From NCBI RefSeq assembly GCF_006345805.1, contig NC_042998.1, positions 127,596,001 through 127,660,000 on the forward strand: a stretch of 64,000 bases of DNA, given 5' to 3'. Shown here one piece after another: positions 42,860 to 54,255 of this stretch. The DNA comes from Octopus sinensis. Taxonomy: Eukaryota. The first letter of the stretch is position 1. Each line of letters opens with the position of its first letter. The notes beneath the pieces were generated by a model. That model was not told the origin of the DNA. It saw only the letters and a program-made list of their open reading frames with translations, and searched no databases. The position numbers and the translations under genes were made by a program.

Positions 42860-43480
42860 ATCTTGTGAAGTGGTGTGATGTCTTGTCGAGATACATTTAT
42901 CTACATCTAGTAAAGGTTTTTTTTTAATCTCAAGTTAAGAAATTCTTTGACCTAATAAGGATGTTTACTCTTTCACGTTTTAAAAACCCGCATTTTAGTG
43001 AATCGTTGATGTATGGCCCAGATTCTCTCCCAGATGCTTCACTTAACGAGGTGATATATACTACTGTTGTTCAGATTCCAGATATGGCCTGCTAGCTTGC
43101 TTGCGATTTTGATAGACTAGTGAATGTTGTATTTTTTTGAAGCCACTTGCTCTTAGTCCAATATATTTCTTTCGGCTCCCTACTTTGGCTAGACGAAGGA
43201 GGCCTTAATTTTGTACACCACTGAGCTAACAATGCATTCCTAGTCTAGTGGGTATGTAAGCCGGATACTGAAGTTGCAGTCTGGAGTAGACATCTCGGTT
43301 GGATTACGTGGAATGTTGCTTTTCATGTCAAGGTTGTAACTGAAGAAAATATTTCTGCACTTTCTATTGGATTCTTTCTTAAATCTATGGCTATGAGAGA
43401 AGCGTTTATCTACCAGGACTACAAATTTTTTACCTACATTCGTCCTAAAATTCAAGAAAGGGGCAACCATTTAATTTTTT
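42860..43480 (-). mobile_element. Penelope-like element fossil (linker and GIY-YIG endonuclease region)
   Basis: APFLNFRTNVGKKFVVLVDKRFSHSHRF matches the Penelope NPPF..V.TN.GK.FL.L.DKHF pattern; downstream VVYKIKA...KYIGL gives the two GIY-YIG motifs. Confidence 0.7.
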
Positions 43481-44699
43481 CCTGGTTTATTTATTTTTAT
43501 GTTTGGTTCTTTTTTAGGTCATAGAGTATGTAATTTTGTCTTTAAACTACTGTCGTCTACCTTATCAGAAATGTCTTTAGAGTAATAAAGATTAGATATC
43601 CTATTGGTAATGTTAACTAAAGGATTTCTGAAGATGATAGTTTTGTGGAAAATTTGTATATATGCTTAAATTTCTCTTATCGAACTGGAAAGATCAAGGA
43701 CAATTTAACACACTCTATATTCTTCTCATCATTGCTCTACCCACACAAACATCGGTGTTACATTCTTAGATGACAACATCTAGTTAAAACACATTAAAGA
43801 CCCAACATTAAAAGGACAACTCCTGGATTTCATAAACATAATCATTCCTCTTTCTCTTAGTACGTATGTTGAGGATTCCGTATCGCTGATGCAAATATTT
43901 TCTAATTCTTTCTCCTATTTGTTCCGGGTGTAGACATGCTATTTGAGCTTCAAATAATGCTGGTTCGAGTACGATACGCTCTACAAGCTCGTATGATTAC
44001 AGCCCTTTCTCAGCATGAAACTTGAAGTAGCCCATGTATAAATCCAGTGTGTGAGTGTATGTGCGTGTAAGCATAGAGATCCATAAATCTGTATGCATAT
44101 ATTATTTACACATGATGCACGTATCTATCGTTCCCCATATGACTGTATCTGTCTATAAAAAAAAGCAGTTTTTATTGCATTTATGTCTGTTGATAAGGAA
44201 AGACAACTGCTATGAATATAAATCTCAATGACCAAGAGAGCTCAGTTTGAAACTAGATTCGCTCATATAATCCAGCAGGAGAATTTAACGCTAAGCGCAT
44301 AAATAAAATGTTCGACATCATATGACTTGACTCAACCGAGACGGTAGTTCTAAGTGTATTACTTGATTACTTGACGCAAATTTGTAAATGCTATTTTTGT
44401 CTTTCAATTAACAATTTAGCAATTAGGCTTCTCTCAATTTAAACCTATATGAAACCTATAAATAACCTATATATATATAGGAAAGACGTGTCTGTGTGTG
44501 TGCCACTGTGCACGCGTGCATCACTGTCGGTTTCATGGTCGATGACCGATTGAATCAACGATTTCTTTTCGCCTATAAACCTCTTAATAATTGCCTCTTT
44601 ACTCACACCCTATACATACATATATCTATGTCTTGTGTGTGTGTATGTGTGTGTGTGTGGTGTGTGTGTGTGTGTGTGTGTGTGTGTAAGCATGTATGG

Positions 44700-44890
44700 A
44701 TATAGTTGAAATTTATAGAGAAACAAAAGTCGAAGATAGGCGTATTAACAAAAAGCAAATATCTTAGCTTGATGTTCAGTAAAACCAAAGGATGTTTGAC
44801 GTTTCGAGCATAGCTCTTCGTCGAAAAGGAGAAACACAAGACTCCAAAGAAGGGAAAAAAATAACCAACAGCACGTACGTAGATACATTG
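44700..44890 (-). mobile_element. Penelope pLTR-like fragment with degenerate hammerhead (44795-44827)
   Basis: ucGACGA-A-GAGC-uau-GCUC-GAAAC-GUC; related to 47575-47760. Confidence 0.5.
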
Positions 44891-44979
44891 CCCTCGCTGT
44901 CTTTTCCTCTCTCTACCAGTCTTTGTCTCTCTCTCTCTGTATATGTATATATAGATGTGTGTATGTGTGTGTATATATT

Positions 44980-45071
<92 letters not shown>

Positions 45072-45078
45072 CATATAT

Positions 45079-45129
<51 letters not shown>

Positions 45130-45304
45130 ATATATATATATATAATATATATATATATATGTTGAAAGAAGATTAGAGATCTATACAAAGCAAATTTTTA
45201 TATATAAAAGATGGAGATGGAAATAGCACAGAAGTAAGTCTAAGACATTTAAATTCAAGAGGGGATTTAATTAAAACATTATTAAAAAATTATATAAAGA
45301 TATT

Positions 45305-45497
45305 CTTTTCTTTTCTAGGCACATGGCCCGAAATATCTGGGGAAAGGGCTAGTCGTATATATCGAGCCCAGTACGCAATGGTACTTAATTTATCTACCCC
45401 GAAAGTATGAAAGGCAAAGTCAACCTCGGTGGAATTTGAACTCAGAACGAAAAGACAGACGAAATACCGCTAATTATTTCGTCCAGCGTGCTAACTT
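45305..45497 (-). mobile_element. tRNA-derived SINE of the 5655-6350 family
   Basis: Reverse complement carries gttctgagttcaaattccaccgaggttgactttgcctttcat. Confidence 0.75.
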
Positions 45498-46299
45498 TTC
45501 TTATATAAAGAATATATTACCGGTTTCGATGTATTTCATCAAATATCAGTAAAAGTTTATAAAAACTTGAAGTAAAAACAGTTTATCTTCTGTCTGAAGG
45601 GGTCAAGAACATGACTGGAGATTTTTCTTTGAAGTATTTTTTAAATATACTTTGGTACTGAGTCCAAAGTGTTGGAGAGTGAGAGAAGGGGTGACTATTT
45701 CCTGAAAGAAATCTTTGTGTTATCCTGCCATGGAAGTGGCTAAAAAGCATTTATTGAATGGGTTTTATGTCCACTTGTTTGTGTGTGGGGGTGTGTGCAT
45801 TGAGTCGAATGCCCTCTCAATACGTTTTGAAAAATGACCGGCTGTGAATTGATAGGTTTGTGTATGTTGTGATGAATGTCTTGTTGAAGAAAGAATTAAG
45901 ATTTTTCTTTAGGTTAGATGTATTCTTTTCAGTGTCTACACCCGTGTGCACATCTGTGTATGTGTGTGTGTTTGCGTGTGTGTGATACAGTGTATGTATG
46001 CGTGTGTGTAAGAGTGTTTTTTTGCAATGTTTTCTTTTGTGTGTATGTTTGTGTGTATGTGTGTGTTTGTGTGTATGTTTGTGTGTGTGTTTTGTGATGT
46101 TTTCTTTTGTATGTGTATGTGTATGTGTGAGTGTATGTGTGTGTGTGTTTGTGTGTGTGTGATGTTTCCTTTTTGTTTATGTGTGTATATTTGTGTGTGT
46201 GATTGTTTGTTTGTGTGTGTGTGTGTTTGAGTGTGTGTGCTACCATACATGAATATTGGAAAAAAGATTTAGAACGTGATGGGAAGTATTTTTCAAAAC

Positions 46300-47400
46300 G
46301 ATAATAATACGTATAAAATTGTTTTTAAGTGTCTGTTCTCATTTATTGATTGTAGTTGGGTCTATATTTAATTGTGGTTTATACTTCTTGATAAATTGTT
46401 TTTCTGTATTTAGCTTTTGTTGTTGTTTGAAGGAATCTGAGCACTTGTACGTTGCAGTGTGATTACTTAAAGGAATTTTCCTTGTCTTTTTGTCTCGGAT
46501 CTGTTGGCGATGGGTCGTCAGTCTGTTACATAATGATTCGCCCGTCTGACCAATGTAATTATGTTGGCAACCATTGCATGGGATTACGTAGATCGGGTTC
46601 TCCGTGTTGCAGGTGAGGTTGGACTTGATTTTGAAGATTTGGTCATATTTGAATTTAAATTCTGGCCCCAGAATTAGGTTACAGCCAGTGCCGCAGTTTG
46701 TTCTCCTGCAGACACTGTTGGGTGGGGGTTTCCTTGTATGTTTTTGCTCCAGTGTGAATGAGTTTTAGTGTTTTGGGATGCCTTTTGCTTTTGATTATTT
46801 GTTGCTTTTCTAAGATTTTTCTTATTTTTTCATCTGCAAATAAGATGGGGAGGTTTTTGTGGGTGTGATCAAGTATTTCGGTATTCATGGGATTGAAGGT
46901 AGACACGAATAGTAAGACATTTTCCTTCATTTGTTTTTTTGTTTTCCTAACTTCATTGATATTCATTTGTTTAGCCTTGTTTATTCCGTTGGTGATTATG
47001 CCAGTTTGAAAGGCTCTTTGGATGAGTGTGTCCTTCAGTTCCTCTAGTCTTTGTTCACGTTTGAATTGCTCCGATACTATGGTTCTAATCCGTTTTGCCA
47101 GGGAATGTTCAGTTTGGTGTGTTTCAGGTGACAGGATGTGAAAAGAAGTTATTGTTTGGAGTGGTGGGTTTGTAGAATATGTAAGATTCTATTTTCAGCT
47201 CTTGGGTTTTGATCAGAATATCCAGAAAGGCAAGTTTTGCGGGGTTAAACACCATTGCTTTTGGGAGTTAAACAAGCTATTGCTGAGGTTGCTTATCATA
47301 TTTTTGAATTCAGTTGACTTGCCAATATTTTCCTGTCATAAAATAAAGCAATCATCCAGGTATCGTTTCCAATTGTCTCTCAGTTGTGTATGGAACGTTT
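46300..47400 (-). pseudogene. Penelope-like retroelement ORF fossil: RT C-terminal half plus GIY-YIG endonuclease
   Basis: WKRYLDDCFI (47345-47371), AFLDILI, FVSTFNP...IIKSKRHPK, and PIYVIPCNGCQHNYIGQTG (46536-46597); multiple stops and frameshifts. Confidence 0.88.
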
Positions 47401-47457
47401 CACCATACACATACACAAACACACACACACATCTATATATACATATACATACACCCC

Positions 47458-47557
<100 letters not shown>

Positions 47558-47574
47558 TATATGTATATGTATAT

Positions 47575-47760
47575 GTAATTGAAATTTATGGAAAAACAAA
47601 AGACGAAGTCAGGTGTACGAACAAGGAGCAAGTGTATTATTTTCCCGCACGAGAAAAATGAAAATATATTTTACATTTCGAGCCTACGCTCTTCAACAGA
47701 AAGATTAAGAGAAAATAAACAAAGAGAGGATGAAAAATATTTGTAGATTTCAGCGTTCCA
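47575..47760 (-). mobile_element. Penelope pLTR-like fragment with CUGUUGA hammerhead variant (47669-47703)
   Basis: uuuCUGUUGA-A-GAGC-guag-GCUC-GAAA-UGUA; lies 5' of the truncated Penelope ORF on the same strand. Confidence 0.55.
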
Positions 47761-47781
47761 CACATACATACACATATACAA

Positions 47782-47875
<94 letters not shown>

Positions 47876-48142
47876 TAAGGGTGAGAGAATTAGATACTAA
47901 TTTAATAGTATATCTATTCAACACCAAGTGGCCTAGTGCTCCGAGAAACCTGGATTATTATAATATTTATAACATATTATAATATTTTTACAAAATATAA
48001 GAGAGTGGTCACTATATGGCTCACTCTAGCACCAGTTAATCCAAAAGGTTTCAACCACGAAAATACATGTTTCCCATGAAAGTCAGTACGATTGTTAGCT
48101 CACACGGACAGGGCAAATAAAAAATAACAAAAATACAGATTA

Positions 48143-48225
48143 TTTTGGGACAATTGTTTCGCTATTAATGAATTAAATGTAATTTTACTTACAAAAAAAA
48201 TCCATTTGTAGCTCGTCAGCCAAAA
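48143..48225 (-). ncRNA. Type I hammerhead ribozyme, inverted copy
   Basis: Reverse complement of 48669-48751. Confidence 0.82.
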
Positions 48226-48668
48226 CTATCTGGATGAAATCCACTCAATCACACGCGAGCTAACAATCGTACTGACTTTCATGGGAAACATGTATTTTCG
48301 TGGTTGAAACCTTTTGGATTAACTGGTGCTAGAGTGAGCCATATAGTGACCACTCTCTTATATTTATTTTGTAAAAATATTATAATATGTTATAAAATAT
48401 TATAATAATCCAGGTTTCTCGGAGCACTAGGCCACTTGGTGTTGAATAGATATACTATTAAATTAGTATCTAATTCTCTCACCCTTATTAATTAATTATA
48501 ATTATGCTGCATTTATTTCTAAATGCTGTATTTGTTTTCCGTGAAAGTTTGGCGCGCTGTTAGTTGGGGCATTTGAATTATAACGTCGGATGTAATCAAT
48601 TGAACCACACGCGTATTTATCGTTATGGTAAAATCTGGCGTGTGATTGAGTGGATTTCATCCAGATAG

Positions 48669-48751
48669 TTTTGGCTGACGAGCTACAAATGGATTTTTTT
48701 TGTAAGTAAAATTACATTTAATTCATTAATAGCGAAACAATTGTCCCAAAA
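48669..48751 (+). ncRNA. Canonical type I hammerhead ribozyme
   Basis: UUUUGG-CUGACGA-GCUA..44 nt..UAGC-GAAAC-AAUU-GUC/CCAAAA: full core, G10.1-C11.1 pair, 6-bp stem I, palindromic ACAAUUGU stem III. Confidence 0.85.
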
Positions 48752-48900
48752 TAATCTGTATTTTTGTTATTTTTTATTTGCCCTGTCCGTGTGAGCTAAC
48801 AATCGTACTGACTTTCATGGGAAACATGTATTTTCGTGGTTGAAACCTTTTGGATTAACTGGTGCTAGAGTGAGCCATATAGTGACCACTCTCTTATATT

Positions 48901-48946
<46 letters not shown>

Positions 48947-48953
48947 ATATATA

Positions 48954-48985
<32 letters not shown>

Positions 48986-49030
48986 CATGTATATATATAT
49001 AATATATATATATATATATACATGTATACA

Positions 49031-49061
<31 letters not shown>

Positions 49062-49846
49062 GTATTTATATGTATGTATATATATATGTATATATATATA
49101 TACATATGTATACACATATATATACATATATACATATATGTATATATAAGCATATATATACATATATATGTATATATATATCTTTATATATATGTCTGCA
49201 TATGTATATATATATATATATATATATACAGAGAGAGGAAAGGGAGAGAGAGAATGATAGTGGGAGGGAGGGGTATTAGAGGAAGAAAGAGAGAAAGAAT
49301 TATGAATATATCGGCACATAAAACTAAATGCTTTTTAATGCATAAGATCATGTTTGATCGTGTCTGGATTCGTGTATTTCAGTTCGTTTCTGGAATAAAA
49401 ATAGAAAACCAGTTTCAGTCTATTGAAAGATTCATAAGTTGATCATATACGATAAACAGAAAGTGGCTTCAAGCTAAGGATTAAAAAAAAATAACGAAAT
49501 AAGTAATGTCTGAATCCAAATCACGAATGACAATACCACAACAAAATCGATAAATATACTGTTCTAGAGTCGTACGTATGTCCCTGAAATCTCATTGATC
49601 TGTTCATAGTTGCCCCAAGCAAGGCGGGGCTTGATGGCAGGAACTGTGTATTGAAGTTTACTAGTTATTAGAAGATCAATGACAACTGATAAATACTTGT
49701 GTGAGTGATTTCTCTCTGAGGATTGCCGATGTCATCGTTATTGCTGAGGTTTTTGTTTTTGCTGTTGTTGTTGTTATTATGATGATTAAAAATAACGAAC
49801 CCGTTGTATTCGTTATTATTACATAATGTAAATTCGATTATTACTA

Positions 49847-49957
<111 letters not shown>

Positions 49958-50317
49958 TAGTAGTAGTAGTAGTAGAAGCAGCAGCAGCAGAAGCAGTAGC
50001 AGCAGCAGCATCGTCGTCGTCATCATCATCCTCAAAGTGGCGAACTGACAGAACATCAGTAGTATATCTTTCGGCTCATTATTTTCCTAGTTCAGATTTC
50101 GCCGGGGTCGACATCATCTTTCATTCTGTCTAGCACGGGAAAATGAGCGGCAGTATTGGGATCACTGTAAACGACCTAACCTTCCTCCTAAACCTGTTCG
50201 TCTTGTACCAAAACGTGCAACAATCATCCTCCTCCTCCCCCTCATTCTTCTTCTTCTTATTATTATTATTATTATTGATGTTGTTGTTAGTATTATTATT
50301 ATTATTATTATTATTAT

Positions 50318-50871
50318 TGAGTGAGAGAGCAGTTCATGCCATCAAAGTGACATTGGGGTAAAATATACGAAGCCTAATATACCCATCATGACTACCCGTC
50401 TGATAAGGGTACACCAGGCACATGCATCACAACCATATGTGCGCGACATGGTGATCTCATATCAAGGTAAACAGCGCATGACCTTGCAGGTGGGACCCAG
50501 TTAGAATTTTCTTCAGGTCGAGTAGCCCATCCCGCTCAAAAGGTCCCTGAATAAGGGTTGTTTAAGGACGTTGAAAGAACCACCCATGTTTCCAGAGGTG
50601 AATTATTCAAACCCCAAAGAATCCCTCTCAACACATGGCTATGATGCTCCCCCACTACTTCTGCTCATGATCAGAGATGCACATATCGTCAGCCACTAAG
50701 GGACATGCTCAACTGGTTATGGTCAAACAACTGACAAGCAAATATGTGGTATAGAGCAGAATATTTGCTGTAGCCCATCTTTTATACCAAGACAAAACAA
50801 TGTACATGATAACACTTCCAATCAGTTAAGATCAGAAGCCATGAGAGCCACTGCCTGGTACTGCATCAGGG

Positions 50872-50873
<2 letters not shown>
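50318..50873 (-). mobile_element. 556-bp non-coding element flanked by (ATT)n on both sides
   Basis: Three related copies in the window, all abutting (ATT)n; strand inferred by analogy with R4/Dong 3' ends running into (AAT)n. Confidence 0.75.
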
Positions 50874-50912
<39 letters not shown>

Positions 50913-50944
50913 TATTATTATTATTATTATCATTATTGGACAGT

Positions 50945-52190
50945 CCCTCTGTAGGGCAGGTTGTAATATCTTTATGATTCATTTTTCAGTGTTATACTTG
51001 CCTTCCAGTTTGCCATTACATATTTGATATATTTTGTAGTAGTGTTGGGGCTACGCTATTTGCTGTGGAGAGATTCCATCATACATGAGTGTGAAACGCT
51101 GTCGAAATCTTTCTGGTAATCAATCTAAGTTATGTTAAGTGTTGCCTTTCTCACCTTGCCGTCCTCTATAATGGCTCGGTTTATCAGAAGCTGCTCCTTA
51201 TAACCATATACTCCTCCTTTCCGGCACCCGCTTTGTTCTTCTTGTAAAACATTGTTGTTTTTAAGCTGTATTATAGGCCTGTTAGCTGGTATTTTATATG
51301 TTGGAGAATACAGGATGGTACATTTCTGTAGGTCGACAATGTTGTTTTCAGTTATAATCTCATTCAGTATTTTAGGTAGAATTTTGGGTGTTGTGCCAAC
51401 TGCAGCCGTTACTACAGGAATAATTGTTGTCTTAAGTCCTTTTCTTGTTGACTTAGCTTTTTAACCTTTCGGTACCGACAAATTAAATACCAGTCAAGCA
51501 CTGGGGTTGATATAAAGGACTATCCCACTTCGCGCCGAAAATTCCAGGCCTTGTGCCTACAGCTTCTAATGCAGCACTTTTGCTGACTCATAATGCAACA
51601 TGGTGCCACTACTTATATTGGTTTCGGTTTAATCGAGTGCATTCATTCACAATATCGGCAATGACTTCATCAAATCTATTCAGCACAACGAAAACAATTA
51701 CTGATTTCTTAGGTTGAACCTTTAATTTGTAGCCAAAGCTTGGTCTTGCGTGGCAAGTATAGTGCCCCCATTCTCCTTTAGTTTTGACTTCATAGAATCG
51801 ATTGTGTAGTCCCTTGTTGTATAGTGCTTCTTCATGACCATCTTGCACTTCTTGTTTTTTTTTTTTTTTCTGCTTTCAGTGCGCCCACTTCTGTAACTGT
51901 TACTCACAAGGTTTGCTCACGTTGGGTTAGTTTTTCCAGCAAATTCCCATGTTTTATATGCTGCAGTCCATCGCACTTCTCAATCACTCCCTCTATTTGT
52001 TTTCTTCATGTATAGACGATCAATGTCTGCACGTGGATGAAGGGTTCCATGAATGGTTGGGAGTTTTCTTGTGTATCCAACTGATTTATCTTATCTTCAG
52101 AAATCCACTTCAGAAATCCATCTCCGTGTCGAACCTCAACCACTGCGCGCGAGTTCATTGCCGAAAATGTTTCTGGAATTCAACATTCAA
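50945..52190 (-). mobile_element. Decayed R4/Dong-like LINE fragments with a SINE piece at about 51461-51560
   Basis: HGTLHPRADIDRLY (about 52050), TIIPVVTAAVG C-terminal region (about 51400), and EEQSGCRKG..YGYKEQLLIN...IDYQKDFDSVSH RT motifs (51075-51260). Confidence 0.8.
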
Positions 52191-52228
52191 TCCAATACTC
52201 TTTCTCTGTTTTTCTTTCATATCATCAC

Positions 52229-52279
<51 letters not shown>

Positions 52280-52288
52280 TATTTTTAA

Positions 52289-52325
<37 letters not shown>

Positions 52326-52336
52326 GGTATTCTTAT

Positions 52337-52851
52337 TGAGTGAGGAAGCAGCGCGCGCCATCAAAGTGAAACTAGGGTACGAATATACGAAGCCCAATAT
52401 AACCATCATCACTACCCACCCATCTGAAAAGTGTACACCAGACGCATGCATCACAACCATATATGGGCAACATGGTGATCTCATACTAAGATAAACAGGG
52501 CGTGAATTTGCATGTGGGATCCAGTTAGAATTTTTTTTAGGATGTGTAGCCCATCCTTCTCAAAGGTTTGTTTATGGATAAACGAGATGCCCATGTTTCC
52601 AGATGTGAATTATTCAAAACCTAAAGAATTCCTCTCAACACATGACTATAAATGCTTCCCCACTGAGAGATGTACATATCGTCAGCCACTAAGGGACATG
52701 CTCAACTGGTTACGGTCAAACAACTGACAAGCAAATCTGTCATATGGAACAGAATAATTGTTTATACCAAGACAAAACATGCACGATAAGACTTCCAATC
52801 AAGTTAAGATCAAAAGCTATGAGAGCCACTGCTTGGAACTGCATCAGAGCA
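52337..52851 (-). mobile_element. Diverged copy of the 556-bp (ATT)n-associated element
   Basis: Colinear with 50318-50873 with substitutions and deletions; (ATT)n-type flanks. Confidence 0.8.
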
Positions 52852-53869
52852 TTTATCATTATTATCATCATATTATTACTATTATTATTGTTTTTGTTGT
52901 CGTTGTTGTTGTTGTTGTTGTTGTTATCATCATTATTATTGAATGCTGTCATAACCAACTTCTTCAACTCGCTCCAACGATTTTGGATTTCATACAAAGT
53001 ATAACCACGGGGGAAAATATTTCGTTTTGGATAATTTTCAATGCGATACCTCCTGGAATGCTTTGAATCTTCACGCTATACTGAGGAAGACATTCGGTCT
53101 GTCATTTTCTTTTTTTTTTTCTTTTTGATAATTTTACTTTACCATTTCTGTTTTCATTCAACACAATATGTCTTCATGTTAGAGAAACTTACTCTTAAAA
53201 GGGTGAAAATAAACATAATTTCAGAGATAGCAAATAATATATTTATTAACAATTTCAGTTTTACAAGATCTACGTATTGTAATAAAACAAATATAGTTTA
53301 ACAGTTTAAATCATCATTTTAACAATTTTAATTATACTATTTATAATGACACAAGCGTACACGTGCATTTTGCTAAAGAAAGATAGCAAATCGTAATGGA
53401 GCATAGATTCGAGTAACACAAAAAATAATTTCAATACTGTTACTATCTATAAATGATGCACAGAATGTGAGTGACCCAGCGCAGAAAATCGACGAGACAG
53501 AGATCTTTGACTAAGAAAAAACGTCACCCTTTCCTTAGCACTTTATTCAATGGCATACAAAAAGAACAGTTTCATTTCTCTGCAGTGTAGTGTTTCCTCT
53601 TTTACCCTCAAGCTACAACTAAATGTAGCCCTGGCCAATCTGCAGAGCAAGATCCCTTGTGCAGGCTGAAGTACGACCTATGGAACCGTATGCCTGGTCT
53701 TCAAAACAAACCACCGGTCCCACCCTATAGACTAGTCCAATAATGCTGTTCATTCAAAGGGGTTTTGTGGTGTAAATTAAATTTTGAGAACGTAGTGGTA
53801 GTATTAGGTACATAGAGATGAGACAATAGATATGCATGTTAAAATGAGGAGAATGGTCAAAATGAATAG

Positions 53870-54255
53870 GATGAGGGAAGAGCATAGTCTCCATACTTTC
53901 CATTTGTAATAACAACATATGATTTCCTATCGGAATTTGTATGCCATGAACATGAAGCAACTCTGCCATTTCTATACTCCACTTTCCTTGGATAATGGAA
54001 TTGCAGCTATAGCATCGTACATATATTTTAATTTTTACTTCTATTTTCTTATTTCCCTTTCTACTTATTTCCATCCTTATCCAAAATAACTCCTCATATT
54101 GAACTCTACTATTTCCCTTTATTTCACCCTTTCACATCGTCTCTGATGAAAGGATATCCCTAATATCCCAGAAACAGCTGTAAGACTACCTTTCTTTTTA
54201 TAAATGTCCTATAAATTCCACACAGCCTTGATTTTGTCGTCTCATTTTATTTAAT
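53870..54255 (+). mobile_element. Penelope pLTR-like dispersed repeat, copy 2
   Basis: Homologous to 23905-24313; carries a hammerhead motif. Confidence 0.65.
54139..54186 (+). ncRNA. Minimal type I hammerhead motif
   Basis: GUCU-CUGAUGA-AA-GGAUA-ucccuaa-UAUCC-CA-GAAAC-AGCU-GUA/AGAC; stems I and III intact, palindromic ACAGCUGU, non-canonical base of stem II. Confidence 0.68.

Larger units (their letters stand above)
47869..48902. mobile_element. Retrozyme-like insert: inverted segment plus 1.2 tandem copies of a 536-bp unit, inside (TA)n
   Basis: gagctaacaatcg at 48257 and 48793 gives a 536-bp period; 47869-48255 is the reverse complement of part of the unit; canonical hammerhead present. 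Confidence 0.7.

Noticed and set aside
50810-50873. Faint resemblance of the 556-bp element end to U2 snRNA, 5S rRNA or an HDV-like ribozyme
   Set aside because: Only short patches match and the nested pseudoknot could not be built.
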